From an uncultured Thiomicrospira sp. (lineage in GTDB: Bacteria > Pseudomonadota > Gammaproteobacteria > CAKMZV01), in assembly GCA_965195345.1 (NCBI GenBank), contig OZ239628.1, positions 1,504,001 through 1,568,000 of the forward strand: a stretch of DNA of 64,000 nt, in the 5' to 3' direction. A program made the position numbers and the translations under genes. Within the stretch, counting starts at the first letter, position 1, and every line of letters starts with the position of its first letter. The notes under the pieces are model-generated. The model was not told the DNA's origin. It was given only the letters and a program-made list of their open reading frames with translations, and ran no database searches. Shown here one piece after another: positions 1 through 11,603 of the stretch.

Positions 1-132
1 CGAGAAAATAGACCATTTAACGCACTTCAGTTCATTAATGCCATGCGGAAAATTCACTAAAATTCGTATAGATGCATGTATAATGTTGGCTCGTATTTAA
101 CCCTCCTCATAAGATAATTTTTAGGACACTGA

Positions 133-1248
133 GTGAAAGCAGTATTAGCCCTAGCAAGCGGTCGTGTATTCAAAGGAAAATCCGTTGGTCATTACGGAAA
201 AGCCGTAGGTGAAGTCGTTTTTAATACCGCTATGAGCGGTTATCAAGAAATTCTCACAGACCCTTCTTATTATCAGCAAATAGTCGCCCTTACCTGCCCT
301 CATATTGGCAATATCGGAACCAATCCCGAAGATTGTGAATCCGATAAAAGTTATGCTAAAGGATTGATTGTTCGTGATTATTCAAAACACTGCAGCAATT
401 GGCGTTCTGATGTCAGTTTACACGACTGGATGGATGCAAGAAAGCTGGTAGGCATTACTGAAGTTGATACGCGTGCCCTAACTCTATATCTTCGTACCCA
501 CGGCGCTCAAGCAGGATGCATTTTGAGTGGGGAAAATGTGGACGTTGACGAAGCCATCGCTATGGCTCAATCTTTCTCAGGGATTAAAGGCGTAGACCTG
601 GCAAAAGAGGTTTCTTGTTCTAAATCTTACTCATGGAATCAAGGATGCTGGAATATTGAAGGAAAGATCAAAGAATCGACAGGGAATATACATGTGGTTG
701 TGTATGACTTTGGTGTTAAAACAAATATTCTGCGCATGTTAGTAGATAGAGGGTGCCGAGTAAGCGTTGTTCCTGCCAAAACAACAGCAGAGCAAGTATT
801 GAATATGAATCCTGATGGAGTAATGCTTTCAAATGGTCCTGGCGACCCAGACCCGTGCGACTATGCCATTTCTGCAATTCAATCATTAATAGAGGCTGAT
901 GTGCCCATTTTCGGTATTTGCTTGGGACACCAATTACTAGCTTTAAGTTGTGGTGCTACCACTGAGAAAATGAAATTCGGTCATCATGGCGCAAATCACC
1001 CTGTTAAAGACATATTAACTGGGAAAACCATGATTACTAGCCAAAATCATGGCTTTTCAGTACGCTCTGATAATTTACCAACGCACCTTGAAATCACTCA
1101 TCAATCACTTTTTGATAATTCTATTCAAGGCATCCGTCATAGACACAAGAGCGCTTTTGGATTTCAAGGACACCCTGAAGCGAGCCCAGGGCCTCACGAC
1201 ATTGGCGGATTATTTGACGATTTTGTCGCTTTAATACAAGACAAGTAA
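133..1248 (+). CDS. carA: carbamoyl-phosphate synthase small subunit
   Basis: [28 protein letters not shown] and [10 protein letters not shown] glutaminase motifs. Confidence 0.98.
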   Translation: MKAVLALASGRVFKGKSVGHYGKAVGEVVFNTAMSGYQEILTDPSYYQQIVALTCPHIGNIGTNPEDCESDKSYAKGLIVRDYSKHCSNWRSDVSLHDWMDARKLVGITEVDTRALTLYLRTHGAQAGCILSGENVDVDEAIAMAQSFSGIKGVDLAKEVSCSKSYSWNQGCWNIEGKIKESTGNIHVVVYDFGVKTNILRMLVDRGCRVSVVPAKTTAEQVLNMNPDGVMLSNGPGDPDPCDYAISAIQSLIEADVPIFGICLGHQLLALSCGATTEKMKFGHHGANHPVKDILTGKTMITSQNHGFSVRSDNLPTHLEITHQSLFDNSIQGIRHRHKSAFGFQGHPEASPGPHDIGGLFDDFVALIQDK

Positions 1249-4200
1249 ATGCCTAAACGCACTGACATTAAATCCATACTCATTATCGGGGCAGGTCCTA
1301 TTGTCATAGGTCAAGCTTGTGAATTTGATTATTCTGGCGCTCAAGCGTGTAAAAGTTTACGCGAAGAAGGCTATCGCGTTATTTTGACAAATTCAAATCC
1401 AGCAACAATCATGACAGATCCTGATCTTGCGGATGCCACTTACATTGAGCCAATACACTGGAAAGCGGTTGAGAAAATCATTGAAAAAGAAAGGCCTGAT
1501 GCGCTGCTTCCTACTATGGGCGGACAGACTGCTTTGAACTGTGCACTTGATTTAGTGCGCGAAGGGGTTTTGAAAAAATACGACTGTGAATTAATAGGTG
1601 CGAATCAAGAAGCCATCGATAAAGCTGAAGATCGTCAAAAATTCCGTGATGCCATGGATAAAATTGGTCTATCTTCTGCTCGCTCACACATAGCGCATAG
1701 CATGGAAGAAGCATGGAGTGTGCAATCCAATATCGGATTTCCAGCAATTATCCGCCCTTCATTCACTTTAGGTGGAACAGGCGGTGGCATAGCTTACAAC
1801 CATGAAGAATTCGAGGAAATTTGTACGCGTGGATTCGATTTGTCACCAACACACGAACTGTTAATTGAAGAGTCTTTGCTTGGTTGGAAAGAGTTTGAAA
1901 TGGAAGTTGTGCGCGATCGCAAAGACAATTGCATTATTGTGTGTGCAATAGAGAACTTTGACCCTATGGGAGTACACACAGGCGATTCCATTACTGTTGC
2001 CCCAGCACAAACATTAACCGATAAAGAGTACCAACTATTAAGAAATGCATCCATTGCCGTACTGCGTGAAGTAGGCGTAGATACTGGCGGGTCAAATGTC
2101 CAATTTGCGATTAACCCAAAAGACGGCCGCATTATTGTTATTGAAATGAACCCACGTGTATCACGTTCGTCTGCCTTAGCCTCAAAAGCTACTGGATTTC
2201 CAATTGCGAAAATTGCCGCAAAACTATCTATAGGTTATACTTTAGACGAATTGCAGAATGATATTACGAATGGTAAAACACCTGCTTCTTTTGAACCAAG
2301 TATCGATTATGTTGTAACAAAAGTACCACGCTTTACTTTCGAGAAATTCCCTGAAGCCAATCCTCTATTGACCACTCAAATGAAGTCAGTTGGAGAAACA
2401 ATGGCGATTGGGCGAACGTTTCAAGAGTCTCTACAAAAAGCATTGTTTGGACTGGAAATTGATAAAACAGGGCTTGATGAGATTTTCTTCCCTAGCGGTA
2501 ACTTTAAACAAGACGAAACATTATGTTTAAAAGAATTACGTCAACCCGGAGCTTTTCGTATCTGGTATCTTGCAGATGCTTTTCGATTAGGTATTTCGTT
2601 AGAGAAAATATTTGCTACTTGTTCCATTGACCCTTGGTTTTTGCACCAAATCAAAGAGCTTATTGATATTGAGTCAAGTCTGAAACAGAAAACGCTCAAC
2701 TCATTGGATAAAGATGATCTATGGAAACTTAAGCGCAAAGGATTCTCCGACAAACGCCTCGCATACTTATTAAATTGTGATGCTAATAGTGTCTACGTTG
2801 CACGTAATAATTTAGGCGTGTTGCCAGCGTTTAAACGCGTTGACACTTGCGCAGGGGAATTTGCAACAGACACCGCTTATATGTATTCAACTTATGAGCA
2901 TGAATGTGAAGCACGCCCTACTTCGAAAAATAAAATCATCATTATTGGTGGCGGTCCCAATAGAATTGGACAGGGAATTGAGTTTGATTACTGCTGTGTT
3001 CATGCCGCTCTAGCGTTGCGAGAAGATGGTTGGGAAACGATCATGGTTAATTGTAATCCTGAAACCGTTTCAACAGATTATGACACTTCTGACAGGCTTT
3101 ATTTTGAGCCTTTGACGCACGAGCACATCATGAATATTGTTGCTGTTGAAAAACCGCACGGGGTTATCGTGCATTATGGCGGTCAAACGCCATTAAAACT
3201 TGCTAAAGGCTTACTCGCCAGCGGTGTTTCTATTATTGGCACTTCACCTGAAGCGATTGATCGTGCTGAAGATCGTGAGCAATTTAAAGAGTTATTAGAC
3301 AAACTTTCGTTGTTACAACCTGCTAATCGTACCGCCAAAGATGGTGATTCTGCAGCATTATTGGCTGAGGAAGTTGGCTTTCCATTGGTTGTTCGCCCTT
3401 CTTATGTTCTTGGTGGTCGAGCCATGGAAATTGTATTCAATCAACAAGAGTTGAAACATTACATAGAAAATGCCGTACAAGTCTCAAACGATTCACCTGT
3501 GCTGCTTGATTATTTCCTCGATAACGCTGTTGAGTTAGATGTTGATGCTGTTTCTGATGGTGAAGAAGTTATCGTTGCGGGCATAATGGAGCATATTGAG
3601 CAAGCAGGTATTCATTCTGGAGACTCTGCCTGTTGTTTACCTCCGCATCAAATCAGTGATGAACTAATTGATAGAATTCGTGAACAAACCATCAAAATGG
3701 CTAAGGAGCTAAATGTGGTCGGTTTGATGAATGTTCAATTCGCCATAAAAGGCGATGATATTTACGTGATTGAAGTTAATCCTCGTGCTTCGCGCACCGT
3801 GCCTTTTGTATCAAAAACAACAGCTGCCCCATGGGCAAAAATTGCTGCTCGCTGTATGGTAGGCAAGTCACTCAAAGAGCAAGGTGTTCAAATAATCCCC
3901 AATCGTCCTTATTTTGCTGTTAAAGAATCGGTATTCCCATTCAATAAATTTCCAGGGATTGACCCTGTCTTAAGTCCTGAAATGCGATCTACTGGTGAGG
4001 TTATGGGTGTTGGTATGACTTTTGGTGAAGCATTTGCCAAAGGCACAGCTGCCGCCAATACTGATATTCCATTAAGTGGCACTGTATTTTTTAGTATTGA
4101 TCGCAATGAGCGCATCAATGCTCTACCTTTGGCAAAAAAATTGAAGAACAAAGGCTTCAATATTATGGCAACACGAGGAACTTTGAAAGTCTTAGAAGAA

Positions 4201-4467
4201 AATGGCATAGAAGGTGAGTTGGTGAACAAGGTTTCTGAAGGTCGTCCAAACGTGGTTGATGCAATTAAGAATAAGCAAATTGATCTTATCATAAATACAA
4301 CAGGAGACGCTTTGTCCATCCGCGACTCTTCGGACATTCGACGCGTTGCATTAATGAAAAAAATCACTTGTGCTACTACTTTGAGAGCCGCAAGTGCCAT
4401 GATCCAAGCGATGGATTATGACCCTTATAATCAGGTTACTTCATTACAAGATTTGCAACAGAAATGA
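1249..4467 (+). CDS. carB: carbamoyl-phosphate synthase large subunit
   Basis: [30 protein letters not shown] start, duplicated ATP-grasp halves, C-terminal MGS domain; abuts the carA stop codon. Confidence 0.99.
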   Translation: MPKRTDIKSILIIGAGPIVIGQACEFDYSGAQACKSLREEGYRVILTNSNPATIMTDPDLADATYIEPIHWKAVEKIIEKERPDALLPTMGGQTALNCALDLVREGVLKKYDCELIGANQEAIDKAEDRQKFRDAMDKIGLSSARSHIAHSMEEAWSVQSNIGFPAIIRPSFTLGGTGGGIAYNHEEFEEICTRGFDLSPTHELLIEESLLGWKEFEMEVVRDRKDNCIIVCAIENFDPMGVHTGDSITVAPAQTLTDKEYQLLRNASIAVLREVGVDTGGSNVQFAINPKDGRIIVIEMNPRVSRSSALASKATGFPIAKIAAKLSIGYTLDELQNDITNGKTPASFEPSIDYVVTKVPRFTFEKFPEANPLLTTQMKSVGETMAIGRTFQESLQKALFGLEIDKTGLDEIFFPSGNFKQDETLCLKELRQPGAFRIWYLADAFRLGISLEKIFATCSIDPWFLHQIKELIDIESSLKQKTLNSLDKDDLWKLKRKGFSDKRLAYLLNCDANSVYVARNNLGVLPAFKRVDTCAGEFATDTAYMYSTYEHECEARPTSKNKIIIIGGGPNRIGQGIEFDYCCVHAALALREDGWETIMVNCNPETVSTDYDTSDRLYFEPLTHEHIMNIVAVEKPHGVIVHYGGQTPLKLAKGLLASGVSIIGTSPEAIDRAEDREQFKELLDKLSLLQPANRTAKDGDSAALLAEEVGFPLVVRPSYVLGGRAMEIVFNQQELKHYIENAVQVSNDSPVLLDYFLDNAVELDVDAVSDGEEVIVAGIMEHIEQAGIHSGDSACCLPPHQISDELIDRIREQTIKMAKELNVVGLMNVQFAIKGDDIYVIEVNPRASRTVPFVSKTTAAPWAKIAARCMVGKSLKEQGVQIIPNRPYFAVKESVFPFNKFPGIDPVLSPEMRSTGEVMGVGMTFGEAFAKGTAAANTDIPLSGTVFFSIDRNERINALPLAKKLKNKGFNIMATRGTLKVLEENGIEGELVNKVSEGRPNVVDAIKNKQIDLIINTTGDALSIRDSSDIRRVALMKKITCATTLRAASAMIQAMDYDPYNQVTSLQDLQQK

Positions 4468-5075
4468 TCCGTCTTTCTATTCATCCTGAAAATCCTCAAA
4501 AAAAACAAATTAATGCTGTTTGTGAATGCCTGAACGATGGCGGAGTGGTTGTATTACCTACCGACTCTTGCTATGCGCTTACAACAAAAATCGGTAACCT
4601 TGATGGTGCGGCGCGCATTCGTCAAATAAGAAAGTTAGATGACAAACATCGCTTCAGTTTGCTTTGTCAAGATTTATCAAATATAGCCACTTACGCCAAG
4701 GTTGATAACTCTTCGTTTCGATATATGCGCACGTATATTCCAGGCGCATTCACGTTCATCTTACAAGCATCCAAAGAAGTACCTAAAAAACTGTTGCATG
4801 AGAAGCGCAAAGAAATTGGAATTCGTGTGCCAAAAAATAATATCGTTCACAGTATCTTGAACGAATTGAACTGTGGACTGTTAAGCTCAACCATGCATTT
4901 GTCCGACAACGAGCTAATCATGACCGAAGCCGACACTATAGAAGATGAAATAGGGTCACAAATAGATATGTTGATCGATGGAGGAAGTTGTGGGCTAATA
5001 CCTACGACAATAGTTAATTTAACAGGTGAGGTGCCTGTAGTAATTCGCCAAGGAAATGGTATTTTGATTAGCTAA
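4464..5075 (+). CDS. yciO: Sua5/YciO/YrdC family protein (YciO-type)
   Basis: IHPENPQ start, [18 protein letters not shown] motifs. Confidence 0.9.
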   Translation: MIRLSIHPENPQKKQINAVCECLNDGGVVVLPTDSCYALTTKIGNLDGAARIRQIRKLDDKHRFSLLCQDLSNIATYAKVDNSSFRYMRTYIPGAFTFILQASKEVPKKLLHEKRKEIGIRVPKNNIVHSILNELNCGLLSSTMHLSDNELIMTEADTIEDEIGSQIDMLIDGGSCGLIPTTIVNLTGEVPVVIRQGNGILIS

Positions 5076-5252
5076 ATGTTTACTTGAGATTAGTGCCTCC
5101 AACACGCCTCTTACGAACACTTACAAGAGTGTATACAGAAATATTTCACGAAACTATTCCTCATTAAAATCGCATTGGACGGCTCGAATGTTGATAGAAT
5201 GGTGCAATACATAGAACTCTTACAGAAGCCATATTAATAACTGATTTATATC

Positions 5253-5888
5253 ATGGAATTATCCGTATTTCAGAAAATTGCCATCTTTACACTTCCTGTT
5301 CTGTTTGCTATCACAGTCCATGAATATGCACATGGGTGGGCAGCAAGTCGACTTGGAGACAATACCGCTCGCATGGCTGGTCGGCTTACCCTAAATCCCA
5401 TCAAACACATTGATCTAGTCGGAACCATCATCATACCGATTGTCTTATTATTACTGGGTGGCTTTTTGTTTGGTTGGGCAAAGCCTGTACCTGTTGATGT
5501 GCGCAATCTTCGCAGTCCAAGAGGCGATATGGCTTGGGTTGCAATTGCTGGACCTTTTTCAAATTTGATCATGGCTTTCTTATGGTCATTGTTACTTCCC
5601 TTGGGGAAAATAGTTTTCAACATCAGCAGCGATGTTGGATTGCTTATGATTTATATGGCACAAGCTGGCGTTTTGATTAATCTTGCTCTTATGTTGCTCA
5701 ATTTAATCCCCATCCCTCCCCTTGATGGAAGTCGAATCCTTTCTGCATTCCTTCCTTTGCGACTGAGCTATCAATATAATCGCCTTGAACAATATGGCTT
5801 CATATTCCTTATCATTCTCCTCGCATTTGGCTGGCTTGGAAATATAATCGGTCCTCCTCTGTATTACTTACAAAACATTTTCCTTTAA
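5253..5888 (+). CDS. site-2 protease (peptidase M50) membrane metalloprotease
   Basis: HEYAH zinc motif, NLIPIPPLDG, multiple hydrophobic segments. Confidence 0.93.
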   Translation: MELSVFQKIAIFTLPVLFAITVHEYAHGWAASRLGDNTARMAGRLTLNPIKHIDLVGTIIIPIVLLLLGGFLFGWAKPVPVDVRNLRSPRGDMAWVAIAGPFSNLIMAFLWSLLLPLGKIVFNISSDVGLLMIYMAQAGVLINLALMLLNLIPIPPLDGSRILSAFLPLRLSYQYNRLEQYGFIFLIILLAFGWLGNIIGPPLYYLQNIFL

Positions 5889-5890
5889 TT

Positions 5891-6658
5891 TTGAAACGCA
5901 TTCGCTTACACAAATGGCTTGCTGACTCCGGCTTAGCCTCACGCCGCAGTTGCGAAAAAATGATTGAGGACAAGCGTATTGAAGTAAATCACAAAATTGC
6001 AGAGATTGGTCAAATCATAGATCCCGATGTTGACAACGTATTTCTTGATAAAAGACGTTTTCGCCCAAATAAAAAAACCGCAAGTCTGCAAGTCATCTTA
6101 TACAACAAGCCACCAGGGCAAATAGTAACACGCAAAGATCCTCAAGAACGTGATACTGTATTCCAGTCTCTACCACGCCCTAAAAGCGGACGCTGGATCA
6201 GTGTTGGTCGGTTGGACATCAACACAAGCGGTCTGCTTTTATTTACAAACGATGGGCAATTAGCCAATGCATTAATGCATCCCTCCTCAGATTTAGAAAA
6301 GGAATACGCTGTCCGCTTACGTGGACTACTAAGCGAAGAACAGTTGAAACTTTTAAAATCCGGCGTTGAACTGGAAGATGGTATGGCTTCCTTTAAAAGC
6401 ATTGAGGAGCGCGGTGGCGAAGGACATAATCGTTGGTATCATGTGGTGTTAGAGCAAGGGCGTAATCGTATGGTGCGCCGTTTGATTGAATCACAAGGTT
6501 CGCAAGTTGCCCGACTAATCCGAGTACGCTTTGGCACTCTGTTATTACCGATGCAACTCAAACATGGGCAGCATTGGCTATTAAGTGATAAAGAAGTAGC
6601 CAGTTTTTTAAAAGACTCAGGACTCTCAAAATTATTGGAGAGTAATACCTCTAAATAA
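5891..6658 (+). CDS. rluB: 23S rRNA pseudouridine synthase (RluB-like)
   Basis: N-terminal S4 domain (RLHKWLADSGLASRR), VGRLDINTSGLLLFTNDG; TTG start. Confidence 0.9.
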   Translation: MKRIRLHKWLADSGLASRRSCEKMIEDKRIEVNHKIAEIGQIIDPDVDNVFLDKRRFRPNKKTASLQVILYNKPPGQIVTRKDPQERDTVFQSLPRPKSGRWISVGRLDINTSGLLLFTNDGQLANALMHPSSDLEKEYAVRLRGLLSEEQLKLLKSGVELEDGMASFKSIEERGGEGHNRWYHVVLEQGRNRMVRRLIESQGSQVARLIRVRFGTLLLPMQLKHGQHWLLSDKEVASFLKDSGLSKLLESNTSK

Positions 6659-6728
6659 TTGCCCTTTATAAGCAGTATTAAAGTAGTAGAATATAAAAAC
6701 GTCCTTGCGCGCTTTCATGAAAAATTCT

Positions 6729-7355
6729 ATGAATAAACAGAATTTAAAAATTGCAGAAAGTCTTTTTAAAGCACAGTACCCACTGGGATTTTCTGATCCT
6801 CAGTTGCTCGCCATTGCTAAACGGCACAATATGAACAAGATGATTGAAAACTGTCAAGATTCTTTTAGTGTAAGAAGTTTTGACATGCCTAACCAGATTG
6901 TAGAGAGTATGATAAAAACAGTATCTCGCTCATCCATGGTCTCCATGTTTGAAAAACCTAAATTCCGCGATTGCATGAAAACTTTAAATTCTGACGGGAT
7001 AGAACGCATGTCATTAGGACTAAAAGAACTCTTACATGGAGAGCAAGAATATGGGTTTGAAATGTTATGCGAAGAACTTCGTAATCATAAATTAGCTCGA
7101 TGGAGCTTATTAACCATAATCCCCACATACTATGACCCGACAGTAGAGGTTTTTGTCAAACCCACTACTGCAAAAAATATCCTCCAACATTTTGAAATAG
7201 AAAATTTAACCTACAACGCTAAACCTTCTTGGACTTTCTATGCTGGATACCGCAAGTTGGTCACAACAATGAAACAATTAGTTGACCCTTCGCTATCCCC
7301 TTCAAATGCAGCTTTTACAGGCTTTCTAATGATGAGCATGCGCCCTATGGATTAA
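6729..7355 (+). CDS. hypothetical protein (alpha-helical, unknown function)
   Basis: Long intact ORF; ATG 6729 or 6717 is a likelier start than TTG 6705; motifs YPxGFSDP, FEKPKF, FVKPTT. Confidence 0.8.
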   Translation: MNKQNLKIAESLFKAQYPLGFSDPQLLAIAKRHNMNKMIENCQDSFSVRSFDMPNQIVESMIKTVSRSSMVSMFEKPKFRDCMKTLNSDGIERMSLGLKELLHGEQEYGFEMLCEELRNHKLARWSLLTIIPTYYDPTVEVFVKPTTAKNILQHFEIENLTYNAKPSWTFYAGYRKLVTTMKQLVDPSLSPSNAAFTGFLMMSMRPMD

Positions 7356-7410
7356 ATGACTTTTATAAAAAACCCATACCCTATACTGTCTATACTCTAA
7401 TAATTTTAAA

Positions 7411-7878
7411 ATGAATTTAAACGACTCGATTAATATCCTTGAATGTGCCTCTATAAACACAGAAAACAATCGTTGGCAATGGCAAAGCGGTGGTAAAAAA
7501 AACTTAGTCATCTATTTCTATCCAAAGGACGATACGCCAGGTTGCACTGTTGAGACCAAGGATTTTGAAAGGTTACTCTCCTCATTTGCAAAGACCAGCA
7601 CTGAAGTAGTTGGAATATCGCGTGACACGCTCAAAAGTCATTTAAAGTTTAGCGAAAAACATGCTCTTTCTTTGCCTTTATTAGCCGATGTGGAAAAGAC
7701 GATATGCGCTCAATTTGGTGTGTTAGTTGAAAAATCGATGTTTGGTCGCAAATACATGGGGATTGATCGGACAACATTTTTGATCAATAAAGATGGAGTC
7801 GTTGTCAAAATATGGCGAAAAGTTAAAGTCGATGGTCATGCACAAGAAGTCATGAACTACTGTCAATCAATCCTTTAA
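7411..7878 (+). CDS. bcp: peroxiredoxin Q / Bcp
   Basis: YFYPKDDTPGCT peroxidatic motif, GIDRTTFLI. Confidence 0.92.
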   Translation: MNLNDSINILECASINTENNRWQWQSGGKKNLVIYFYPKDDTPGCTVETKDFERLLSSFAKTSTEVVGISRDTLKSHLKFSEKHALSLPLLADVEKTICAQFGVLVEKSMFGRKYMGIDRTTFLINKDGVVVKIWRKVKVDGHAQEVMNYCQSIL

Positions 7879-7969
7879 GCATCCATTTCTTAGACAGCAA
7901 TAAAGCATCATGATCTTAAGGATAGTGATTTCCCAAACCGTCACCTTTGCAAGTAATTAGCGCGTAATG

Positions 7970-7978
7970 TGTTATAAT
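7970..7978 (+). promoter_or_regulatory. candidate extended -10 promoter for acnA
   Basis: TGtTATAAT about 140 nt upstream of the acnA start. Confidence 0.5.
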
Positions 7979-8117
7979 ACCTCACAATTCTTCAGAAGAA
8001 GCTGTGCTAATTGTGTTTTTTATTTTCCATTGTTATTTTTCTTATTGCAGTGAAAAGTAAAAATATCATCTCAACATAGTTGGGGTGTGTCTATTTTAAA
8101 TTTAACTTGGAGACATC

Positions 8118-10754
8118 GTGAAAAACTCATTCAATTCAAAAAAGTCACTTGAAATCAACAACAAGTCTTGGGAATACTTTAGCGTTAGCGATTTAGATGG
8201 TGGGAGTAACTTGCCCTTCTCATTAAAAATTCTATTAGAAAACCTATTGCGTCATGAAGACAATAAAACCGTAAAAAAAGAAGATATTCAATGGTTCTTA
8301 GACTGGAATGCCAATACAGATGATGAAAAAGAAATAGCCTATCGTCCAGCTCGTGTATTGATGCAAGATTTTACCGGTGTGCCTGCAGTCGTTGATTTGG
8401 CTGCAATGCGCGATGCAATGCTTAAATTAAATGCAGATCCAAGTCGTATTAACCCTTTACAGCCTGCTGAATTAGTTATCGATCACTCGGTTCAAGTTGA
8501 TAACTTCGGCACAGATAATGCGCTTGATCTCAATATCAAATTGGAGTACCACCGCAATAAAGAACGCTATCAGTTCTTAAAGTGGGGACAACAAGCTTTT
8601 TCTAATTTTAAAGTGGTTCCCCCAGGGGCAGGGATTGTCCACCAAGTTAATCTTGAATATCTTTCACGCGTTGCTTTTACTAATTCTAAAAATCAAGTTT
8701 ATCCAGATACATTGGTAGGAACCGATTCACACACAACTATGGTCAATGGGTTAGGCGTTCTTGGCTGGGGGGTCGGTGGTATTGAAGCTGAAGCTGCTAT
8801 GCTTGGACAGCCTATATCGATGTTGGTTCCCAAAGTAGTTGGCTTTAAAATAACCGGTAAATTGTCTGAGGGTATCACGGCTACTGATCTTGTTTTGGTA
8901 ATTGTCGAGATGTTGCGCAAGCATGGTGTGGTGGGAAAATTTGTTGAGTTTTATGGCAACGGTATTGCTGCTTTACCATTAGCGGATAGAGCAACTATCG
9001 GCAATATGGCTCCCGAATACGGCGCTACTTGTGGCATTTTCCCTGTTGATGAAGAAACGCTCAGTTACATGCGTTTATCAAATCGTGATGAGCAAACGAT
9101 TGAACTTACTAAAAATTATTTTAAAGCACAAAACATGTTCTTAGATGAGGACTACCAAACGCCCGAATTCAATGAACATATTGAGCTTGATTTATCCACG
9201 GTCGTTCCAAGTATTGCAGGTCCTAAACGCCCTCAAGATCGTATTAATTTGACAGACACTAAATCCGCGTTTCTTTCAGCATGTAAAGAAATAAAATCAA
9301 GCAAAGAAACAGTGCAAGTCAACGATAACTCGCAGCAATATGAGCTTAAAAATGGAGCGGTCGTTATTGCCGCTATCACTTCGTGCACGAATACGTCGAA
9401 CCCTTATGTTATGTTAGGCGCTGGATTGCTTGCTAAGAAGGCGGTTGATTTAGGATTGAATGTGAAACCTTGGGTTAAAACCTCTTTGGCTCCTGGTTCA
9501 AAAGTGGTTACTGAATATCTCGAAAAAGCGGGATTGATGAACGCGTTAGGCGCACTAAATTTTGACGTTGTCGGTTTTGGATGCACCACTTGCATAGGTA
9601 ATTCGGGCCCTCTTCCAACCCCTATCTCTCAAGGAATTAACGAAGGAGATTTGAGCGTTTGCTCTGTACTTTCTGGAAATCGAAACTTTGAAGGACGTGT
9701 TCATCCTGAAGTGAAAATGAACTACCTTGCTTCGCCTCCTTTAGTCGTCGCTTACGCCATAGCTGGACGTATGGATATTGACTTGTATAACGAACCATTG
9801 ACTCAAAATAAAAATGGTGATGACATATATCTAAAAGACATATGGCCAAGCACTGAAGAAGTCAACAATGTTGTAGCACAATGCGTTACACAGCAACAAT
9901 TTTCACGAACCTATCAACATGTTTTTGATGGCGATCAAAACTGGAAAAATCTGCATGCCAATCAAGTTGAAAAATACGATTGGCCGACTTCAACGTACGT
10001 GCAAAAACCACCATTTTTTGATAACATTACTGAACCAAATCAAGTGGTCAATAGCATTGAAGGTGCCTATCTACTCGCACTCCTCGGAGATTCGGTCACA
10101 ACCGATCATATTTCACCGGCTGGACCCATTAAAGTGGATAGTCCAGCAGGTGAGTACCTTATGGATAACAATGTGCCCGTTTCCGAATTTAATTCTTATG
10201 GGTCAAGACGTGGAAACCATGAAGTAATGATGCGCGGTACTTTTGCAAACATACGCTTGCAGAATTTAATGCTCCCTGGCTCAGAAGGCGGTGTCACTAA
10301 GCACATTCCAAGTGAAGAGAACATGTCGATTTACGATGCTGCAATGTTATACAAAAAAGCAGGAGAACGTACCATTATCATATCAGGGAAAGAATACGGT
10401 ACAGGTTCATCTCGTGACTGGGCAGCAAAAGGACCACATTTGTTAGGAGTTAAAGCAGTTATAGCAGAATCTTTTGAGCGCATTCATCGTACTAATTTAG
10501 TAGGAATGGGTATCCTGCCGATTCAGTTTCTCGCAGGAGAATCAGCGAAAAGCTTTGCTTTAACGGGTAATGAACGCTTCACTATTAGCGGCATTGACAA
10601 CGGTAGAAGCAAGTCGGTTGAAGTAACAGCAGTTCGATCGGACGGAACAAAAACGCACTTCAAAGCTAAAGTACGCATTGACACACCACAAGAAGTAGAA
10701 TACTATCAAAACGGTGGCATTTTACAATATGTATTGCGTCAGCTAGCTTCTTAG
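8118..10754 (+). CDS. acnA: aconitate hydratase A
   Basis: QDFTGVPAVVDLA, VGTDSHT, AITSCTN, GCTTCIGNSG, GSSRDWAAKG; GTG start after GGAG RBS. Confidence 0.98.
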   Translation: MKNSFNSKKSLEINNKSWEYFSVSDLDGGSNLPFSLKILLENLLRHEDNKTVKKEDIQWFLDWNANTDDEKEIAYRPARVLMQDFTGVPAVVDLAAMRDAMLKLNADPSRINPLQPAELVIDHSVQVDNFGTDNALDLNIKLEYHRNKERYQFLKWGQQAFSNFKVVPPGAGIVHQVNLEYLSRVAFTNSKNQVYPDTLVGTDSHTTMVNGLGVLGWGVGGIEAEAAMLGQPISMLVPKVVGFKITGKLSEGITATDLVLVIVEMLRKHGVVGKFVEFYGNGIAALPLADRATIGNMAPEYGATCGIFPVDEETLSYMRLSNRDEQTIELTKNYFKAQNMFLDEDYQTPEFNEHIELDLSTVVPSIAGPKRPQDRINLTDTKSAFLSACKEIKSSKETVQVNDNSQQYELKNGAVVIAAITSCTNTSNPYVMLGAGLLAKKAVDLGLNVKPWVKTSLAPGSKVVTEYLEKAGLMNALGALNFDVVGFGCTTCIGNSGPLPTPISQGINEGDLSVCSVLSGNRNFEGRVHPEVKMNYLASPPLVVAYAIAGRMDIDLYNEPLTQNKNGDDIYLKDIWPSTEEVNNVVAQCVTQQQFSRTYQHVFDGDQNWKNLHANQVEKYDWPTSTYVQKPPFFDNITEPNQVVNSIEGAYLLALLGDSVTTDHISPAGPIKVDSPAGEYLMDNNVPVSEFNSYGSRRGNHEVMMRGTFANIRLQNLMLPGSEGGVTKHIPSEENMSIYDAAMLYKKAGERTIIISGKEYGTGSSRDWAAKGPHLLGVKAVIAESFERIHRTNLVGMGILPIQFLAGESAKSFALTGNERFTISGIDNGRSKSVEVTAVRSDGTKTHFKAKVRIDTPQEVEYYQNGGILQYVLRQLAS

Positions 10755-10811
10755 CACTGTACAAATAAGTGGTGCTGTTATAAAATCACTGCATATTTTC
10801 AAGTAATTAAT

Positions 10812-11564
10812 ATGAATAAAACAGAAAACACCCAAAGGCGACAAGGCATTTATTTATTGCCCAATATATTTACAACGGCAGCTTTGCTTTGTGGTTTTTA
10901 TAGCATTGTGTTAGCTTTTTCAGGGCGATATATTGAATCGGCAATTGCGGTAGTAATTGCCGCAGTTTTAGACGGCTTGGATGGTCGCGTTGCTCGAATG
11001 ACCAAAACATCAACGCCATTTGGCGCAGAGTACGACTCTATGGCTGATATGGTGTCTTTTGGTATTGCACCTGCTGTTCTGGCGTATTCGTGGGGTTTAA
11101 CAAATTGGAACGAAAATACTTGGTTAATAGCCTTCTTTTTCGTTGCTGGCACAGCTCTTCGTCTTGCTCGTTTTAGTTCACAAGTAAGTGATTCTAATCT
11201 TCGTGGCTTCTTTCAAGGTATGCCCTCACCTGCTGCTGCTGGGACTTTGGTGAGCTTTGTTTGGGCATGTGAAAATTTACAATGGCACGACCCAATAATG
11301 CGCTGGCCCTTATTCTTACTATGTTTGGTTCTAGCAGTGTTGATGGTTAGTAATGTGCGTTTTTATAGCTTCAAAGACTTTAGCGGCAGCAAAATTCCAT
11401 TTATTGCTCTTTTTGGCGTTGTAGTAGCAACAATGATTCTTGCTTCACACACTTCGCTAATGCTTTTCATCGTTGGAATGATTTATCTATCCTCAGGACC
11501 AGTACTGACACTTATTCAACTTAGAAACAAGCGACTTGAACGGCGCTTGAGACTCAACGCCTAA
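10812..11564 (+). CDS. pssA: CDP-diacylglycerol--serine O-phosphatidyltransferase
   Basis: DGLDGRVAR..GAEYDSMADMVSFG CDP-alcohol phosphotransferase motif. Confidence 0.93.
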   Translation: MNKTENTQRRQGIYLLPNIFTTAALLCGFYSIVLAFSGRYIESAIAVVIAAVLDGLDGRVARMTKTSTPFGAEYDSMADMVSFGIAPAVLAYSWGLTNWNENTWLIAFFFVAGTALRLARFSSQVSDSNLRGFFQGMPSPAAAGTLVSFVWACENLQWHDPIMRWPLFLLCLVLAVLMVSNVRFYSFKDFSGSKIPFIALFGVVVATMILASHTSLMLFIVGMIYLSSGPVLTLIQLRNKRLERRLRLNA

Positions 11565-11603
11565 AAAACCAATTAGTCTTAATTTCTAAAACTTAAAATT
11601 ATT

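Noticed and set aside
8040-8065. CAGTGA hexamer in the acnA leader resembling an IRE loop
   Set aside because: The flanks (TATTG / AAAGT) do not form the required stem.
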